A DNA stretch of 64,000 bases, from contig NZ_KN050773.1 of assembly GCF_000745895.1 (NCBI RefSeq), positions 4,392 to 68,391 of the forward strand. Direction: 5' to 3'. A program made the translations under genes and the position numbers. Positions 62,850 to 64,000 of this stretch are shown in pieces. This DNA is from Stenoxybacter acetivorans DSM 19021. Lineage in GTDB: Bacteria > Pseudomonadota > Gammaproteobacteria > Burkholderiales > Neisseriaceae. Each line of letters opens with the position of its first letter. Position 1 is the stretch's first letter. The notes beneath the pieces are model-generated. The model searched no databases and was not told the origin of the DNA. It saw nothing but the letters and a program-made list of their open reading frames with translations.

Positions 62850-64000
62850 AATGAGTAAATTACAATCCATAGAAAATGCTCTTAAAGCAATTAATGAAAC
62901 AGTTTTTCAGGAATTATGTGATGGCTTTTTAATTTTTAAAAACGAAAATTATAGTGCTCTTAGAAGAGCAGGTAGTCAAAGTGGGAAACAAAAAACCACA
63001 AAAGGCACACCTGATACTTTTTTGTTATTACCCAATGGTAAATATATTCTTGTTGAGTATTCTACTAATATTTCTAAAGGAATAAAGAAATTAGAAGAAG
63101 ATTTAAAAAAATGTATTGATGAGCAAAAAACAGGAATTTCTTGCGATAAAATCGAAGAAGTAGTTTTTTGCATCAATTTTAATTTAAACTCAAAAGAAAT
63201 AGAAGAACTACAAAATTTACTCCCCAAAACAAATATCAAATTAACAATTTATTCACTTGACTCATTGGCATTGGAACTGCACTTTAATTATAGAAATTTA
63301 GCACACGATTATTTAAAATTACCTTTAGATACAGGTCAAATCGTTTCTATTGATACCTTTATTAAGGAATACAATAAAGCAGCAAATAGTATTGCTACTC
63401 CTTTAGACAATACTTTCTTATACAGAGAAAATGAGCTGCAAGAAATTAAAACAAAAATCAATCAAAATAATTTCGTAATTATTACAGGCGCACCTGGGGT
63501 TGGTAAAACAAAACTTGCTCTTGAAGCAATCAATCGGTATTTGGCAGAAAATTTAGATTATACAGCTTATTGCGTTTCATATAAAAATTGTGAATTATTA
63601 GATGATTTGTATCAATATTTTAATGATAAAAAAAACTATATCCTATTTATTGATGATGCAAATCGGATTGATGCTTTCAATCAAATAACAGGATTTTACA
63701 AAGGAATCAGAACAGGAAATTTAAAAATTTTGATTACTGTTCGAGACTATGCTTATCAGGATATATATAGATGTTGTCAGAATTTTTTGACGGAAGAGAT
63801 TTATTTATCAAAATTTACTGATGAGCAAATTATAGGTATTATCAAAGCAGAGCCATTTAATATTTTAAATTCTCAATATCATCAAGAAATTGTTCGCATT
63901 GCTGATGGAAACCCACGATTGGCTATAATGGCGTCATTGCTCGCAATAGAAAAGCAAAATATTTATGCTTTGTTCGATGCATCTGATTTATTTGAAAAAT
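62850..64000 (+). CDS. horizontally acquired AT-rich ORF, 3' partial: N-terminal NERD/PD-(D/E)xK-like domain fused to a P-loop NTPase (Walker A GAPGVGKT, Walker B ILFIDDA); candidate defence/STAND-like protein
   Basis: The frame is open from the ATG at 62850 (AGAGG RBS) to the window end (>=383 aa). GC is ~28%, against ~46% for the genome. The region has no DUS. N-terminal motif: QELCDGFL...GTPDTFLLLPNGKYILVEYSTN. NTPase motifs: NFVIITGAPGVGKTKLALEA and ILFIDDANR. Confidence 0.6.

Overview
Chromosomal window from a Neisseriaceae-type genome, roughly 45-48% GC. It is saturated with a 12-mer DNA-uptake-sequence-like repeat, AGGCTGCCTGAA or its reverse complement, often inside the 15-mer TTCAGGCWGCCTGAA. 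About 28 copies occur in 64 kb, several as inverted pairs that double as terminators. Most of the window is housekeeping: ppx, corA, mtgA, nlpD-like, tRNA-Ser, xerC, a thiD-thiM-thiE operon behind a TPP riboswitch, mutM, plsC-like, sdhCDAB-sdhE-gltA, ubiA, pnp, ubiC, mtnN, putP, recD, ppsR, recJ, pilF, cca, glnD, rsgA and valS. The main accessory feature is a complete type I-F CRISPR-Cas locus on the minus strand (cas1, cas2-3, csy1, csy2, csy3, cas6f). It has a 19-repeat array downstream of cas6f. It also has an unusual 3-repeat mini-array between cas2-3 and csy1, on the opposite strand. A third 9-repeat array lies about 5.7 kb beyond cas1, separated from it by ubiA, pnp, ubiC, a GNAT gene and two copies of a roughly 220-bp IS5-family-derived MITE. 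Other notable items are listed here. First, an ISAs1-family transposase pseudogene with an in-frame TGA at the left edge. Second, an orphan Mu Com-like zinc-ribbon ORF. Third, a GC-rich (~60%) foreign islet carrying an SPFH/band-7 gene and tRNA-like fragments next to tRNA-Ser. Fourth, an apparent frameshift in a uracil/xanthine permease gene. Fifth, two adjacent secreted repeat proteins (a Met-rich QDMxxK repeat protein and a Spy/CpxP-like LTxxQ protein) that share an ~80-bp upstream element. Sixth, at the right edge, a very AT-rich (~28% GC) horizontally acquired ORF encoding a NERD/PD-(D/E)xK-like N-terminal domain fused to a P-loop (GAPGVGKT) NTPase. This is a candidate defence gene that continues beyond the window. 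All functional calls are made by eye from motifs and recollection of family signatures; no database search was possible.
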